NCBI GenBank assembly: GCA_043228905.1
Contig: JBHGNT010000009.1
Coordinates: 15,004,001 to 15,068,000, forward strand
DNA length: 64,000 nt
Source: Azolla caroliniana
Lineage: Eukaryota; Plantae; Polypodiophyta
Direction: 5' to 3'
In this document: in pieces, positions 12,920 to 25,928 of the stretch
How the letters are laid out: each line of letters begins with the position of its first letter
How positions within the stretch are numbered: the stretch's first letter is position 1
Notes under the pieces: generated by a model
The model's input: only the letters and a program-made list of their open reading frames with translations
The model's database searches: none
What the model was told of the DNA's origin: nothing
Translations under genes and position numbers: made by a program

Positions 12920-14163
12920 TGTTGGGAGACAGATCCCTCCGGATGGGAAGGGGGAAGAACAGTGCTGATGAACAAACTTGGCCGAGGCCGAAACCGGATG
13001 AGGAGTGCCTGGCTTCGGAGAGCCGGATGGTGCAGACCCGGTGAGAACCGGTTGAGGAGTGCCCGACTTCGGAGAGCCGGATGGTGCAGACCCGGTGAGA
13101 ACCGGATGAGGAGTCCCCGGCTTCGGAGAGCCGGATGGTGCAGACCCGGTGAGAACCGGTTGAGGAGTGCCCGGCTTCGGAGAGCCGGATGGTGCAGACC
13201 CGGTGAGAACCGGATGAGGAGTGCCCGACTTCGGAGAGCCGGATGGTGCAGACCCGGTGAGAACCGGATGAGGAGTGCCCGGCTTCGGAGAGCCGGATGG
13301 TGCAGAACCGGTGAGAACCGGATGAGGAGTGCCCGGCTTCGGAGAGCCGGATGGTGCAGACCTGGTGAGAACCGGATGAGGAGTGCCCGGCTTCGGAGAG
13401 CCGGATGGTGCAGACCTGGTGAGAACCGGTTGAGGAGTGCCCGGCTTCGGAGAGCCGGATGGTGCAGACCCGGTGAGAACCGGTTGAGGAGTGCCCGGCT
13501 TCGGAGAGCCGGATGGTGCAGACCCGGTGAGAACCGGATGAGGAGTGCCCGGCTTCGGAGAGCCGGATGGTGCAGACCCGGTGAGAACCGGATGAGGAGT
13601 GCCCGGCTACGGAGAGCCGGATGGTGCAGACCCGGTGAGAACCGAATGAGGAGTGCCCGGCTACGGAGAGCCGGATGGTGCAGACCCGGTGAGGAGTGCT
13701 CACCAGATGAAGAGACATATTCGTAAATATGTTTCTGAGAATCCATCATGGCTATATTTGTAAATAGCCGAAAAGTCATATTAGTATAAATATGACTTAG
13801 GGCAAACTTTTAAAATGTTGTTGTTGTCATTCTTGTTGGTGCAAGGAGAGAGAGAGCGCATAACTGTGTACAGAGAGAGAGAGAGAGAGAAAGAGGTCGT
13901 TGCCTCTGTTGTAACCGCCGCCTGTGGCGAGGATCGTGAGCACGAGGTCGTTGCCTCCGTGAACTCACTGTTGTACATTCTAACATAGTGATAGTTTGCA
14001 GCCTGTGGGCTGCCGTGGTTTTTCCGCTTAGTTTGGGTTTTCCACGTAAACATCCTGCGTACTCGTCTCTTCTTTGTGTCGTTCATTATTTCCCGTTTTC
14101 TGTGTATGATTCTAAGCTCGGTTGTGGCCGAGCGTTGCGTATAGGGAGCGTGCAGTTCCTTCA
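12920..14163 (+). mobile_element. Solo LTR (Copia A family) with an expanded tandem array
   Basis: TG...CA ends; perfect TSD GTTGA (12915-12919 and 14164-14168); R/U5 homologous to the LTRs at 21961 and 9951; TATAAATA near 13785. Confidence 0.93.
12991..13692 (+). repeat. 13 copies of a 54-bp tandem repeat in U3
   Basis: Unit GAACCGGATGAGGAGTGCCCGGCTTCGGAGAGCCGGATGGTGCAGACCCGGTGA; 13 repeats of 18 aa in the 254-aa ORF translation. Confidence 0.95.
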
Positions 14164-14884
14164 GTTGAGCATAGCAGCCAATATGGATTTGGAAGTAGAG
14201 TAGTTAGGCGACAAGATTGCCTTTCTGCATGGAGATTTGGAGGAAGAAATCTACATGCACCAACCGGAGGGATTCATGGAGAAAGAAAAGGAGAACCTGG
14301 TATGTCGGCTGAAGAAAAGGTTGTATGGGTTGAAGCAAACACCCCGGAAATGGTACCAAAAGTTCGAATCCTTCATGGTTGATCACAGTTTCAACAAGAC
14401 ACAAGCCGATCGTTGTGTCTTTGTTAAGAAATATTATGGAGGAGACTTTCTCATGCTTTTGTTGTATGTTGATGACATGCTGATGGTTGGACAATACCTG
14501 AAGAAAATCGAAAGCTTGAAAAAGGCTTTGAACAAATCTTTTGCTATGAAAGATATGGGTCCGGCAAAGCACATTGTCCGGGGCTAGACAAAGAAGGTGC
14601 TTTGGTTGTCAAAGGTGAAATATGTGACAAAGGTGCTCCAAAGATTCAAAATGCAGAAAGTGAAGCCAATCGGTTCGACACTGTCGACAAACTGTAAGTT
14701 GAACAAATGTCAATGTCCGAAGTGAAAAAAGGAGAAACTTGAGATGAACAAGATTCCCTATGCCTCAACAATCGGAAGCTTGATGTATATGCAATGGTTT
14801 GCACCAAGCCAAACATTGCATTTGTTGTCGGAGTAGTCAGCAGATTTATGAGTAATCCCGGGAAAGAGCATTGGGCCGTGGTGT

Positions 14885-15808
14885 TGTTGAGGATTCCGGG
14901 TACTAGGAGAAAACTCACCGACTGTGCGTGAATGGGGATGTGCAAGGATGCACGCAAACGAGGCCTTATATGTACATAAAACATTGTAAATATTCTAGGA
15001 CTAATAAGTACTAGGTTGTATGATCTATATGGGTACTTCAATGTTCCATAAAATGAGAAGAATAATCATGTGTAGGAAGGAAAATGAGGGGGAGGATCGC
15101 TGACATAATCAACTATCCTTAATTGTTGATGTAAGACCGATCCCCTTTGTTGGGATCTATAAAAGGGGAAGGGAGAACCATTAGAAAGGTCTTCACAATT
15201 TTGGAGGGGTAAGCGTTGCTGGATTTCCGAATCATTCGCTTACTTCTTTGTTTCTATCATTGTGTTGTGAGTCCTTCCTTTCGCATTGGTAGCATGTGTG
15301 CTCCCGATCGGAGGCTCGCTAGTGTCTATGTGCATGAGTGCGGAGAGCTCGAAGCTCTATCGCCGGGCAAGTCCGGTTGTATTCCTCTAGTTATAAGTTA
15401 ATCGATTGTCTCGTTGTTTACCAGAATTTATGGTCCCCTTTTGTCTCTGCTCGTATTCTTGTTTTTGTTCCCTCTCTCCTACGTGTGCATACCTGTGTGT
15501 GTGAGCCTGTGAGCTCATTGTTCGTTAACCGACAGTAGTTCCGGAACAGTGAACACGTTTAAGCCTGTGTGCTCACCATCCGGCATTCGAAGACTGGTCC
15601 GGATAAGATATGTAACAAGAAGAGAAACAGAAGATAGACACAATTTCTGAGCGTCAATGGAAGTTCTTATTCTGTTCTCTGTAACTCGTTTTCTCTCCAA
15701 GACTCATTTTTACAATGCTAAGTTTGAGCTTATATACTCAAGCCCTAACTAGAGGATGTGTTCACACTAAAGATACAAAGTGGAAGGAGTTGGCCTTTTA
15801 TGCCAACA
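14885..15808. mobile_element. Two abutting LTR-like remnants (about 14885-15610 plus strand; about 15611-15808 minus strand)
   Basis: TGTTG start and TATAAAAGGGG near 15158; the second reads TGTTGGCATAAAAGG...TATATAA...GTTACA on the minus strand. No clean TSDs. Confidence 0.4.
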
Positions 15809-18112
15809 ATGTACATTGTACAACCCCCTAGATTTCTATCCGAATTGAAGACATCGGCAGTTTGCCGACTGAAGAAGTTCCTCTACAGACTAAAACAAGC
15901 CCACGTGCCTGGAATGCAAAGATCACATAAAGATTGCATCGAATGGGGTTTCAACTGTCGAAATTAGACTCTTCATTGTCCATTTAGTAGAGTCAGATCG
16001 AACCGATTAGCATACTGCTATATGTCGATGATTTAGTCATTGCTGACACCGACCTGGAGGAAATCAGTTAAGTCAAGTCTTAGCTAACAACATCGTTCAA
16101 GATGAAGGATCTAGGAGACCTTCATTACTTCCTCGGGATAGAAGTGAGCCGAACTCCCGAAGCCATATTGAGGTGCACACGCCATTATGTGCTAAATATG
16201 CTCTTTAAATTCAGCATGGCGGGTTGTAAATTTGTCTCGACTCCTGTTGACAGAAATGTCAAGCTCCGCCTTGGATCGGGGCCGACTTGTAATGCAACAC
16301 GGTTTTGCTAGATTGTCAGAAGCCTTATATATTTGACCATCACCAGGACGGACCTCAGCTATCTGATAAATCTGATCAATCAATTTATGTCGCAACTGAC
16401 GTCCGACCACCTTCATTGCGTGCATCAAATCTTGCGATATATGAGTGGCACAAAGCATATTGGGTTGCTATATCGGGCAGGTGTAGTCGAATAGCTAGTC
16501 AGCTACACATATGCCGATTGGGCCGGAAATGCTGACGATCCGGATATGCATTTTCACTTGGAAGTGTTGCGATCATTTGGAGTAGTAAAAAGCAGCCGAC
16601 AGTAGCAGTATTGAGCACCGAGGCTGAATATCGAGGAGCGGTTGTCGCGACATGCAAAGCCATATGGCTCAAGCAGCTACTAAAGGATCTGCGAGCCGAT
16701 AGTGATATATTGGACAACCTCAGTAGCACCTAACTAGCAAGGAACCCCGTCTTCCACGCCCTGACAAAGCACATTGAAGCGCACTGTCATTTTTTCTGTG
16801 AGCAAGTTCTCTCTGGTGAAGTGGAACTTCTGCATGTTCTGATGGATCGACAGGTTGTCGACATCTTCTCTAAACCTCTCGGCTTGGGCAAGTTGCGGGA
16901 TTTTTCAAGTATGCTTGGCTTACAACATCTTGACATGCTAAAATTGAGGCAGAGACGTATCAAAAACAAAGACGAGAGGGGGAGAGATGTCAGAGAAGAA
17001 ATCTGGATAGCCAAATCGGATGTGGAATTCAATTTCAAGAGGGTTGAAGCAGCCGAAACATCTGGATCGACTGAAGAAGCTGAGGATGGATCATACAAGG
17101 GAACAAGTGGAAGGAGATTGGCTAAGTGTAGACCAACCAGGTGTAGGGGGAGCAATCGAAAGAAAGTGTTGAAGCTAAAGCCAACCAAACAAGGGGGAGT
17201 TAGATCCGAGAGAGGAAGGTAGGTGCCAAGCCAAGGAGGGCAAAGCCGACATGAAGATGAAGGCCAGGACAAGGACATGGTCAGATGTGGTCAAGGGCTT
17301 GAAGGAGGATGAATTGGAGACAACCAATTCGGTCGGGAGTGGTAATGGATCGAATACAACCAATCGGGTAGAGAGAAGTGATCTGGAGGAGACGGATCAT
17401 GTGAAGGCCAGGTGAAGTCGACGCCAAAGCCGATATGGAGGAGCTGACGGGTCGAGGGGCGCCATTGCGGCGACAACGAGGGAGTTGATAAGGGCCTAAA
17501 GAGCAGACATGCCGATCGTAGGGGTTGAGGTGCGTGGAATCAGACGAGTCAAGGAGCATTGAACCAAAGGGGACATGGGACGCGGGACGCGGGACCAGAC
17601 CGGACGAGGAGCGTGAGGAAGGCGTGAAGACGCCATGAGAAGCTGGAGGCTAGAACCGGATGGAGCTGACACATCAGAACCTCAAGTTGAGCTTGAGGGG
17701 GAGTGTTGAGTGACAAGCTCAACATGGGAAGGATCGGATGAAGTAGTCGAGAGCTGGATGGGCCGAAGCTTGATTGGCTAAGTCTGAATCGGCTACGCTG
17801 GATCGGCGTGGAGCCTATATTCCAAATTTAGTAAATAGGAATATTTTAGGTCGTTAGTGTCAGAGCTCATTCATGAGCATTAAAGTATTGATAGTACTTG
17901 TGTCAACCCACTTGACAGAGCTTGTATAAAAATTGCTTTGTGAGCACAATTGTATATACTAAGTCATTTTGTAATATAATTTTTTGTTGTTGTCTGCTTA
18001 GTCAGTCTCTCTCTCCCTCATATATTCGTTGTGTATACCTAACTGTTTGTTGTTGTCTAGCTGAGCTGGTTGTGGTTGTTGTTCGTAATCTTCCGCACAC
18101 GCTACTCTTTAA
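15809..18112 (+). mobile_element. 5'-truncated degenerate Copia of the B family: RT, RNase H, tail, PPT and 3' LTR (from 17704)
   Basis: MKDLGDLHYFLGIEV, STEAEYR, VDIFSKPL; PPT GAGCTTGAGGGGGAG followed by TGTTGAG; LTR resembles the one at 44713. Right end approximate. Confidence 0.85.
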
Positions 18113-18810
18113 ATACATGTTGTATGGAAAAATGAATACTATCTTCCACTTGAACTGTGCAAAAGGCGTAAATTACCTAGTACTAGCCCATGTCTCTTTA
18201 GTGCTAATCTCAAAGTTCCTTAATCACTACTCTCCAAACAAAAAACCTTTACTACAAATGCAAGGTTTGTTTAGCTTGCTCTAAGATGACACAAGGAGTG
18301 TGGGGCATAATGAGAAGTTTTGTCATGAACAAGGAGGCATATGATTGCACTATCAATGCTTGGGTTCTGTCCATTCCTCTTTAGTTAGAAGATGTGACAA
18401 TACCCTTCATTCATAACCACATGGTGTCCTCTTGAAGGTCCATGATTTGGGAAGCTTCCATAGCGAGAAGTGTGGTTAATTGGGCACCTCCTAATCTTCC
18501 TTTAAAAATTGGCCTAGTCTTGTTGTAATTGCAGGTGAGCTTGAAGGTGTGTATGTCTAATTCCATTGCCTTTTGAGTAATAACCATTAAATTAGATACC
18601 TCATTCACAATTCGACAACATCACCTCTACCACTAATCTACTATCTCTTTCGTGCTCTCCTTCTCGTCACAAAGGTCATTTGCTCATTGGTTGTATTGGT
18701 TGCAAAGCTAACTTTCTTCTAATCAAAGGAACCCACATTCCATGTTAGCTCGATTGAATTCAATAGAGTTGTTGTGGAGCTAAATGCCAAAACAATCCAA
18801 ATTTCATAGA

Positions 18811-18840
18811 GAGAAAGAAAGAAAGAAAGAAAGAAAGAAA
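18811..18840. repeat. (GAAA)n microsatellite
   Basis: Read directly. Confidence 0.85.
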
Positions 18841-19019
18841 TATTAACTTCTTCTACGACCAAAATTGGTGTACAACAAAATGGGGTTTTTATCCAATCAT
18901 CAGAATTGAAAATAATAATAAAAGTAGAATAAAAATAGTACTTAAGCTAAGAAAGTTGTAGTATTGTACAAAACGTGGTATGATGTAACACATTCGATAA
19001 AGGAAATGACTTTGCATTA

Positions 19020-21960
19020 AGCCTAATTTCGTTTCCACCCAAGCCTCTCGAAAAGAAGTGGGAGGTCAAAGGGTTTCGGTGTGGGTGTGACCCGTGGTCC
19101 CGTTGTAGAGAGTGCCCTAGCCATGGCTTCTAGGCAGTGTAGCTCACGTTCCCTTATTTTCTTAATTGCTTCTACACCACGCCGAGTTGCTTTGAAACCC
19201 CACATCCGAAGGCATTTGGTTCTTCTTTGGTTTTCTGCTTCATCAAGGAAGAGGCCGAGTGGTGCAAGTGTGTTGACATTCGTTGTCTCCCCCTGTTCCT
19301 GAAAAATTTCATTTGTTGCATGTTGGTGAATATTAAAAACATTATTGTCAACATTTTGTAGCTTATTTTTTCTGTGTTGTTTTAGTTCTAGGATATATCT
19401 ACCTATTTTCTTTATATCTAGAGTATCTAATAGTTTCAGGAGGGTGGGAGAGAGATCGAGTATGTCTAGATATTTTTACCTTATGTCAGTGTAAGTTGGG
19501 CACTTGCATGTAAAGTGGTACTCATCCTCGATTTCTATGTGACATAGTCTACATATCCTTTCCTCTCTAGGGATTCCATTAATACGACCACTCTAAATCT
19601 CTTGTTGGTGAGATGATATTCTAAGTTGTCCAATGGCAACCTTTAGTGCATTTGGTAAGAATGCCTCTAGGTATTTTGGTCGTGTAATAAAACCTAACTT
19701 AGAGAAGTGCTAGTACAACATTTTTGATGGGAGTGGCTCTAATGGGGTGATCCATTTATACCGAGTGTAAATTTGCCATATTTTTTGGCATATTACTTTA
19801 TTACGATCCTCATGAGAGATTAAAGTGCTATCAATTGCGTGGTTGTACCTAAGGGGAGGTAGGTTATTAATGTCTAGACCATTTGCAAGAAGCCAACTCA
19901 CCATCATGCCATACCATGAGCTAATATAGCCGGACTTATATGGTGATCGAGAGGCCTCAAAGGCTTGATAGGATATCCTATCATGTGGTTGGCAATGTAT
20001 CCTATGAATAAAGACTACAAGTTGAAAAAGTGTCTCTACTAGCTTCGGGGGTAAAGTGAACTTAGCTCTAATAATGTCATGTGGTACTGTTGATTTGCTT
20101 CAGAGCTGGCGTGATAACATCATCACCAATGGTCTCTCTAATTGTGTGCACATGATAGGATATCCTATCAAGCTTGGTAGCCCTGGAGCCAAAACCACTG
20201 ATGCATACATGAGAGAGGGGGTTACTAATGAGTCAAAGAGCCACCCCTTAGTTCGTGGCTCTTGGAAGTATGCTTGGTGACATTGTCTCTCTAGGAGTGA
20301 GAGGGATGCATGTCCTCTCGTAAGTCTATCCTTCGCTGCCTGTGTCATCGAAAATTTACTTGAGCGGGCACTGAAAGTGACACCAAGATAAACATATGAT
20401 CCAACCACCTCAATTGGGCTATGGGAGATGGTAAGGTGACATTCAGCTCTAACTTGGGCTATTGTGTGGAAGATAAGGAATTTTGTTTTCCCTAGATTTA
20501 CGACCAATCCTCATTGTGTGTAAAAGTCGTCTAAGGCATTTAGGTGCCTTTGATGGTCGTGTTCGGATTCAGAGAGAAAAACTATGTCGTTTGAATAGAG
20601 CAAGATATGAACCTGCGTATTCCCAAGGACTACTACATTGCCTCCCTTACGAGTGATAAAATATGTGATCTCCTCAATGTAGATCCCAAAAAGAGTCTGT
20701 GATAGGAGGCAAACTTGTTTTACACCAATAGTGCTAGTGAAGCAATTGGATAGGCCACCTGGGCATCTGACGTACCCGGAGATTGGCTCATATAGCGCGT
20801 AGATGGCCCAAATCATGTCATCTGGTATCCTCAAGCTTTTAAGCCTATCAAACAACCGCTCTCTAGGGACCATGTCAAATGCTTGGCGGAAGTCCATGAA
20901 ACAACAATATAATTTCTTCTTGTGAGCCTTAGTTTGGTCAATTAGGCATTTAAATGTGAAGATATGATCAATAGTAGAAAAGGCTCATCTATAGCCAACT
21001 TGTTCCGGTAGGGTCTCCATATAATCGCTAAGCTCCGCTTCCATTACTGCACCATATAATTTAGCAAGTGTATGACCTATCATAATGGTCGTATATGTAT
21101 TTGGTTGGGTCCAAGGGGTTCCCTCCTTTATGTATGGGGATCACTGTGGTGGAAAACCCTCAGTGAGGGCACGATTGAATATTAGACTTAGAACGGGAGC
21201 CTGGTACTCTCGCGCATATATGATGTGTTCTGCTCGCAGTCCTATGTGGTCCATGGACTTCCTATGTTGTAATTTCTTTATGACCTTCAAGACCCTAGAG
21301 GTCGTGAAAAGCGTTCCCATGGTAGGCTAGGGTGTAGAAGGCACTAGAATGGGTGGCTGGTTTGGGACTTAGTTAAGTCTCTCTGTATATGTGCCACGTG
21401 TTGGGATCCTCGATGGGTGTTTGTAGTCTTGGTTCTCATAATCTCTTCCACTTGGTGGCACAATCTCTACTCATGAGTATATGTCAGAGAGATCAAGAGA
21501 GGGGAGATGGGCCTGAACATGTCGAGAGTATATGTGAGCGAGCTCATGTGTCAGATGTATTGTGGTGGGATGGCTTGGTTGACTAGAGTTTGTGATGTTG
21601 GAGATATCGCATGTGAGCTTAAAGTATAAGAAACTATGGTCCGCGCCAATAGGACATGGGGTCACCCGGAAGGAGTTAATCATGTGGGTAGCTTCAGGGC
21701 ATCCCATTAGATAATCAATTGTGCTTTCCCCTCCTCCATGTGGGAAACATGTGAGCTCTTCATAGCCTAGCCACCTGGCTAAACCGTTATATATGACCAT
21801 CTGGTGCCAACTGCCAAGTTTGAGCAGATGGTGACCAAAGCTCGTGGCGTCGTATCTTGATCTTTTGATTTATGTGTGGTGCCTATGTCAAAAGGATCTA
21901 CATTTACCATTTCTAGGTTTTTGTTCATCTGAAATATTGTGCATTATCGGGATTGGCTTC
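19020..21960 (-). mobile_element. LINE 2, 3' part (endonuclease end, RT, C-terminal CCHC domain, 3' UTR), RTEX-like
   Basis: ORFs 21471-21800, 20511-20897 (YADD decayed to YSND), 20100-20507 and 19710-19907; ISSH...GIPREERICRLCH.EIEDEYHF.CKCP near 19490-19620. 3' end approximate. Confidence 0.88.
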
Positions 21961-24588
21961 TGTTAGGAAACAGGTCCCTCTGGATGGTGAAGACCCGGTG
22001 AGAACCGGATGAAGAGTACCTGGCTACGGAGAGCCGGATGGTATAGACCCAGTGAGAACCAGATGAAGAGTACCCGGCTACGAAGAGTACCCGGCTACAG
22101 AGAGCCGGATGGTGCAGACCCAGTGAGAACCGGATGAAGAGTACCCGGCTACAGAGAGCCGGATGGTGTAGACCCGGTGAGAACCGGATGAAGAGTACCC
22201 GGCTACGGAGAGCCGGATGGTGCAGACCCGATGAGAACCGGATGAAGAGTACCCGGCTACAGAGAGCCGGATGGTGCAGACCTGGTGAGAACCGGATGAG
22301 GAGTACCCAGCTATGGATGACCCGGTGAGAACCAGATGACGAGTACTCGGCAAGCGCCGGATGATGCAGGCCCGGTGAAGAGTGCTCACCGGATGAAGGG
22401 ACATATTCATAAATATGTTTCTGACAGTCTATCGGGGCTACATTTGTAAATAGCCGAAAAGTCATTTTAGTATAAATATGACTTAGGGCAAACTGTTGTT
22501 GATGTCGATGATAGTTGTTGTCATTCTTGTTGGCGCAAGATTAGAGCGTGCAACTGTGTACAGAGAGAGTGAGAGAGAGGAAGAGGTCGTTGCCTCTGAT
22601 TTTAACCGCCGCCTGTGGCGAAGATAGCAAGCTCGAGGTCGTGGCCTCGATGCTTCTTATTGTACATTATGACATAGTGATAGTTCACGGTCTGTGGGCT
22701 GCCGTGGTTTTTTCCCGAGTTTGGGTTTTCCACGTAAACATCCTGTGTACTCTTCTCTCTATCGTGTTGTGTTTCATTCCCTGTTTTCTGTGTTTTATTC
22801 TAGGCTCGGTTGTGGCCGAGTGTTGTTCAAAGGGAGCGTGTAGTTCCTGTCAAAGTGGTATCAGAGCAAAACGACACAGAAAATGGACGATTCGTTGGGA
22901 GGCATGTTCAAGCTCACCGGCTCCAACTATTTGGTGTGGAAGTCGAAGATGAGGGACATGCTCGTGGTTAAAGATCTTTGGTTGCCGGTTCAGTTTGGGG
23001 ACAAAATCGACGCCACGATATGGGAGGTGATGCACATGAAGACAATGGCTTACATACGGTGCTTCATCGACATGAGTCTATACAACAACTTCAATGAAGA
23101 GAGCAAGGATCATGAGCTTTGGGAGAAGATCGGCATTATGTTTCAAAACAAAAATGCTGTTAATCAGGTTTCGGTATTCCGGAAGCTAGTAAGACTCCGG
23201 TACCAAGATGGCTCCAGCATGGTGAAGCACATGAATGCCTTCCAGGGGCTGATCCACCAGGCAACATCATTGGAAGTACCTCTCGCCGATGAGGTACTAG
23301 CGCTACTCTTGCTCGGTTCCCTCCCGGATAGCTGGGAGACGTTGGTTGTCACTTTGGGCAACGCTGGGCCGGAAGGGAAACGGTTATCCCTAGCAAGAGT
23401 GAAGTCGAGCTTGCTAGATGAGGAGGCGCGTCGGAAAGATAAGGATACAAGCTCCGACTCCAAAGCGCTCCTTACCGAATCGGAACGCGGAAGACATAGA
23501 AACCGTAGTCCCCAAAACCGGGAAAAGTCGGGGACATGGTCAAAGTCAAGGGGGAGGCCTACTTGCTTCTATTGCGGCAAGCTGGGACACTTCTAGAAGA
23601 ACTGTCGGCATTTCCGTAAAGACAAGGAAACCGACGGTACCGATTCGAAGCGGACACCGAACCGGAACGGTAAAGACCGGAGGGGAACGGACCAGAAGGG
23701 AACGATGGCAATCGTGGCAAGTGAAGAAGAGTTGATGCTCATCACCGAGGAGAGTGAGATAAACCTTGCCGGCGACGAGATGACCTGGGTGGTCGACTCC
23801 GGAGCGTCGTTCCACCTTACCCCGGACCGGAAATGCTTCTCATCCTACTCAGCCGGTGATCACGGCTGTGTCCGGATGGGGAATGAAGGTATATGCCGAA
23901 TTGTCGGCATAGGAGACGTGTGGATGACAACACCAACCGGATGCAAGATGCTGCTGAAGGATGTCCGACACGTTCCGGAGGTTCGTCTGAACCTGATATC
24001 AGCCGGTCGGCTAGATGATGAAGGCTACACAGGTAGGATCCGGAACGGTGTTATGAAGTTCAACAAAGGGAGCGTGATTGTGGCTTGGGCCCGGAAGGTA
24101 AACACTCTGTACTTGATGAAGGCCTGGTTATGTCCGGAAGAAGTGAACGTGGCATCTGACACTGCCGGTGAGTTGTGGCACAAGAGGCTGTGTCACATGA
24201 GCGAGAAGGGGATGAAGAGGCTTGCAGACGACAACCTGATTCCAGTGAAGAACGTGCACTTGGAGAAGTGCACTGATTGTCTGGCCGGTAAGCAAAACTG
24301 GACCTCCTTTCGACGAAGGCCACCGATGAGACGTAATGCACCACTGGAGTTGGTGCATACTGATGTGTGTCAAGTGGACACGAAGTCACATGCAGGATCG
24401 CAGTACTTCGTGACATTCATAGATGACCACAACTGGAAGCTGTGGGCCACACCGTTGAAGACGAAGGACCAGGTGCTATCCGTCTTCAAAGAGCTCCACG
24501 CGAGAGTGGAAAGAGAAACCGGCCGGAAGTTGAAGGCGGTTCGAGCAGATAACGGAGGTGAATACCAGGGGCAGTTCGAGGAGTACTG

Positions 24589-25928
24589 GGTAAAAGCATG
24601 CGAGTAGAAACACTATTATAGCTAATTAGCTACTAAAATGGCCATAGCTAATTAGCTATTTGTTTAGCTAGTCTTTTTTGTGGGAAAATCAAATATTTGA
24701 AAAACTAATTATGAAAAAACTCAAATATTTGAACTTCTGTTTCAGACGTAGAGGAACTTGGGGAATAACACCATCATCTAAGGTCGACTTCAATGTCATC
24801 AATTTCCTGTTTAGCCTAAGTCTGATTTTGAACGCAGATGGAGTACTTAGAGCACGAATGCAGACGTAGCTCCCGCAACGGCAAAAAATCGACATTGCAG
24901 ATTGAGAACTACAACCCAGAACCCGCTCGATCATCGTCTAGGTATGTTTCAGTTACAGAAACCCCAAACATTTGTTTTTTCTTTTTGACTATTGTCTGAA
25001 CTTTGGTGCCGATTCATATTTCCCCAAAATCGAATAGGGCAAAGTCCTTGGAGTCCCATACAAGGATGTCTCGCAAATCGGGGAGTAGCAACAAGTGTGT
25101 TTATATTACTTTTTTTGTGTTTAATCCTGTCTTTAGTGATGATTGGGGTTTCTGATTGAAAATGATTTATTGACAGTTCAAGCACGTTGCATCGCTTGCG
25201 GGTTAGGTGTGGAGGACAAAAGTGCATCTTTGTTGGTTCACCTACAACCATGCAACCATACATACCATCTGCTTTGTTTTCAACATGCCTGTCGAATTGC
25301 TGCATTCTGTTTGGGAGATTGCAGTACAACTCTACCAAATGAGTTGAGAAAACTAACAGGTATACCATACTATAGCTAATAAGCTTAGTCTTTTCTAATT
25401 AGCTAAGCCGTAAAAAGTATGGAAACTATTTTGCTGCTATCGTTGTAGCTAATTAGCTACTACCATAATTGATTAAAGCAGCTAATAGCTATCCTATTAG
25501 TTAATTAGCTACTGCCATAGTTTACTACAGTAGTTAATTAGCTAAGTGGCAGCTAGTTAGCTACTAGCTAATTAGCTATCCTACTGGCAGCTAATTAGCT
25601 AATGCCAGCTAGTTAGCTACTAGCTAATTAGCTACTCATAGCTAATTAGCTAGCACCATAGTTGTGTAAAGTAGCTAATTAGCTATCCTACTAGCTAATT
25701 AGCTGCTGGCAGCTAATGAGCTACTAGCTAATTAGCTATCCTAGTAGCTAATTAGCTATGGTACTAGCTAATTAGCTATCCTAGTAGCTAATTAGCTATG
25801 GTACTAGCTAATTAGCTAGTACCATAGTTGTGTAAAAAAGCTAATTAGCTATCCTACTAGCTAATTAGCTACTGGCAACTAATTAGCTATCCTAGTAGCT
25901 AATTAGCTACTGCCATAGTTGTGTAAAG
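24589..25928. mobile_element. TSD-less insert in the Copia A integrase, possibly a CACTA-like element fragment
   Basis: Flanks GAGTACTG|TTGCTCGAAGG rejoin to match Copia C (gagtactgtcgctcgaagg); CACTA at 24611; TAGCTAATTAGCTA arrays. The insertion is certain, its class is not. Confidence 0.6.
25370..25912. repeat. Array of the 14-bp palindrome TAGCTAATTAGCTA
   Basis: About 12 exact copies here by hand count plus variants, and two more at 24619 and 24645. Confidence 0.9.

Larger units (their letters stand above)
12330..14880 (+). mobile_element. Degenerate Copia INT-end/RT fragment split by a solo LTR
   Basis: RYPLRERR, NKWVYKL and KMTSIQTML on the left; SIAANMDLEVE, YGLKQTPRKWY and YVDDML on the right. 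The frame is continuous across the TSD GTTGA. Confidence 0.85.

Noticed and set aside
12991-13692. CRISPR-like appearance of the 54-bp array (also the palindrome array at 25370-25912)
   Set aside because: Head-to-tail units with no unique spacers, no cas genes, and a eukaryotic TE context.
12607-13779. 390-, 291- and 254-aa repetitive ORFs
   Set aside because: By-products of a stop-poor 54-bp tandem array inside a solo LTR, open in several frames on both strands.
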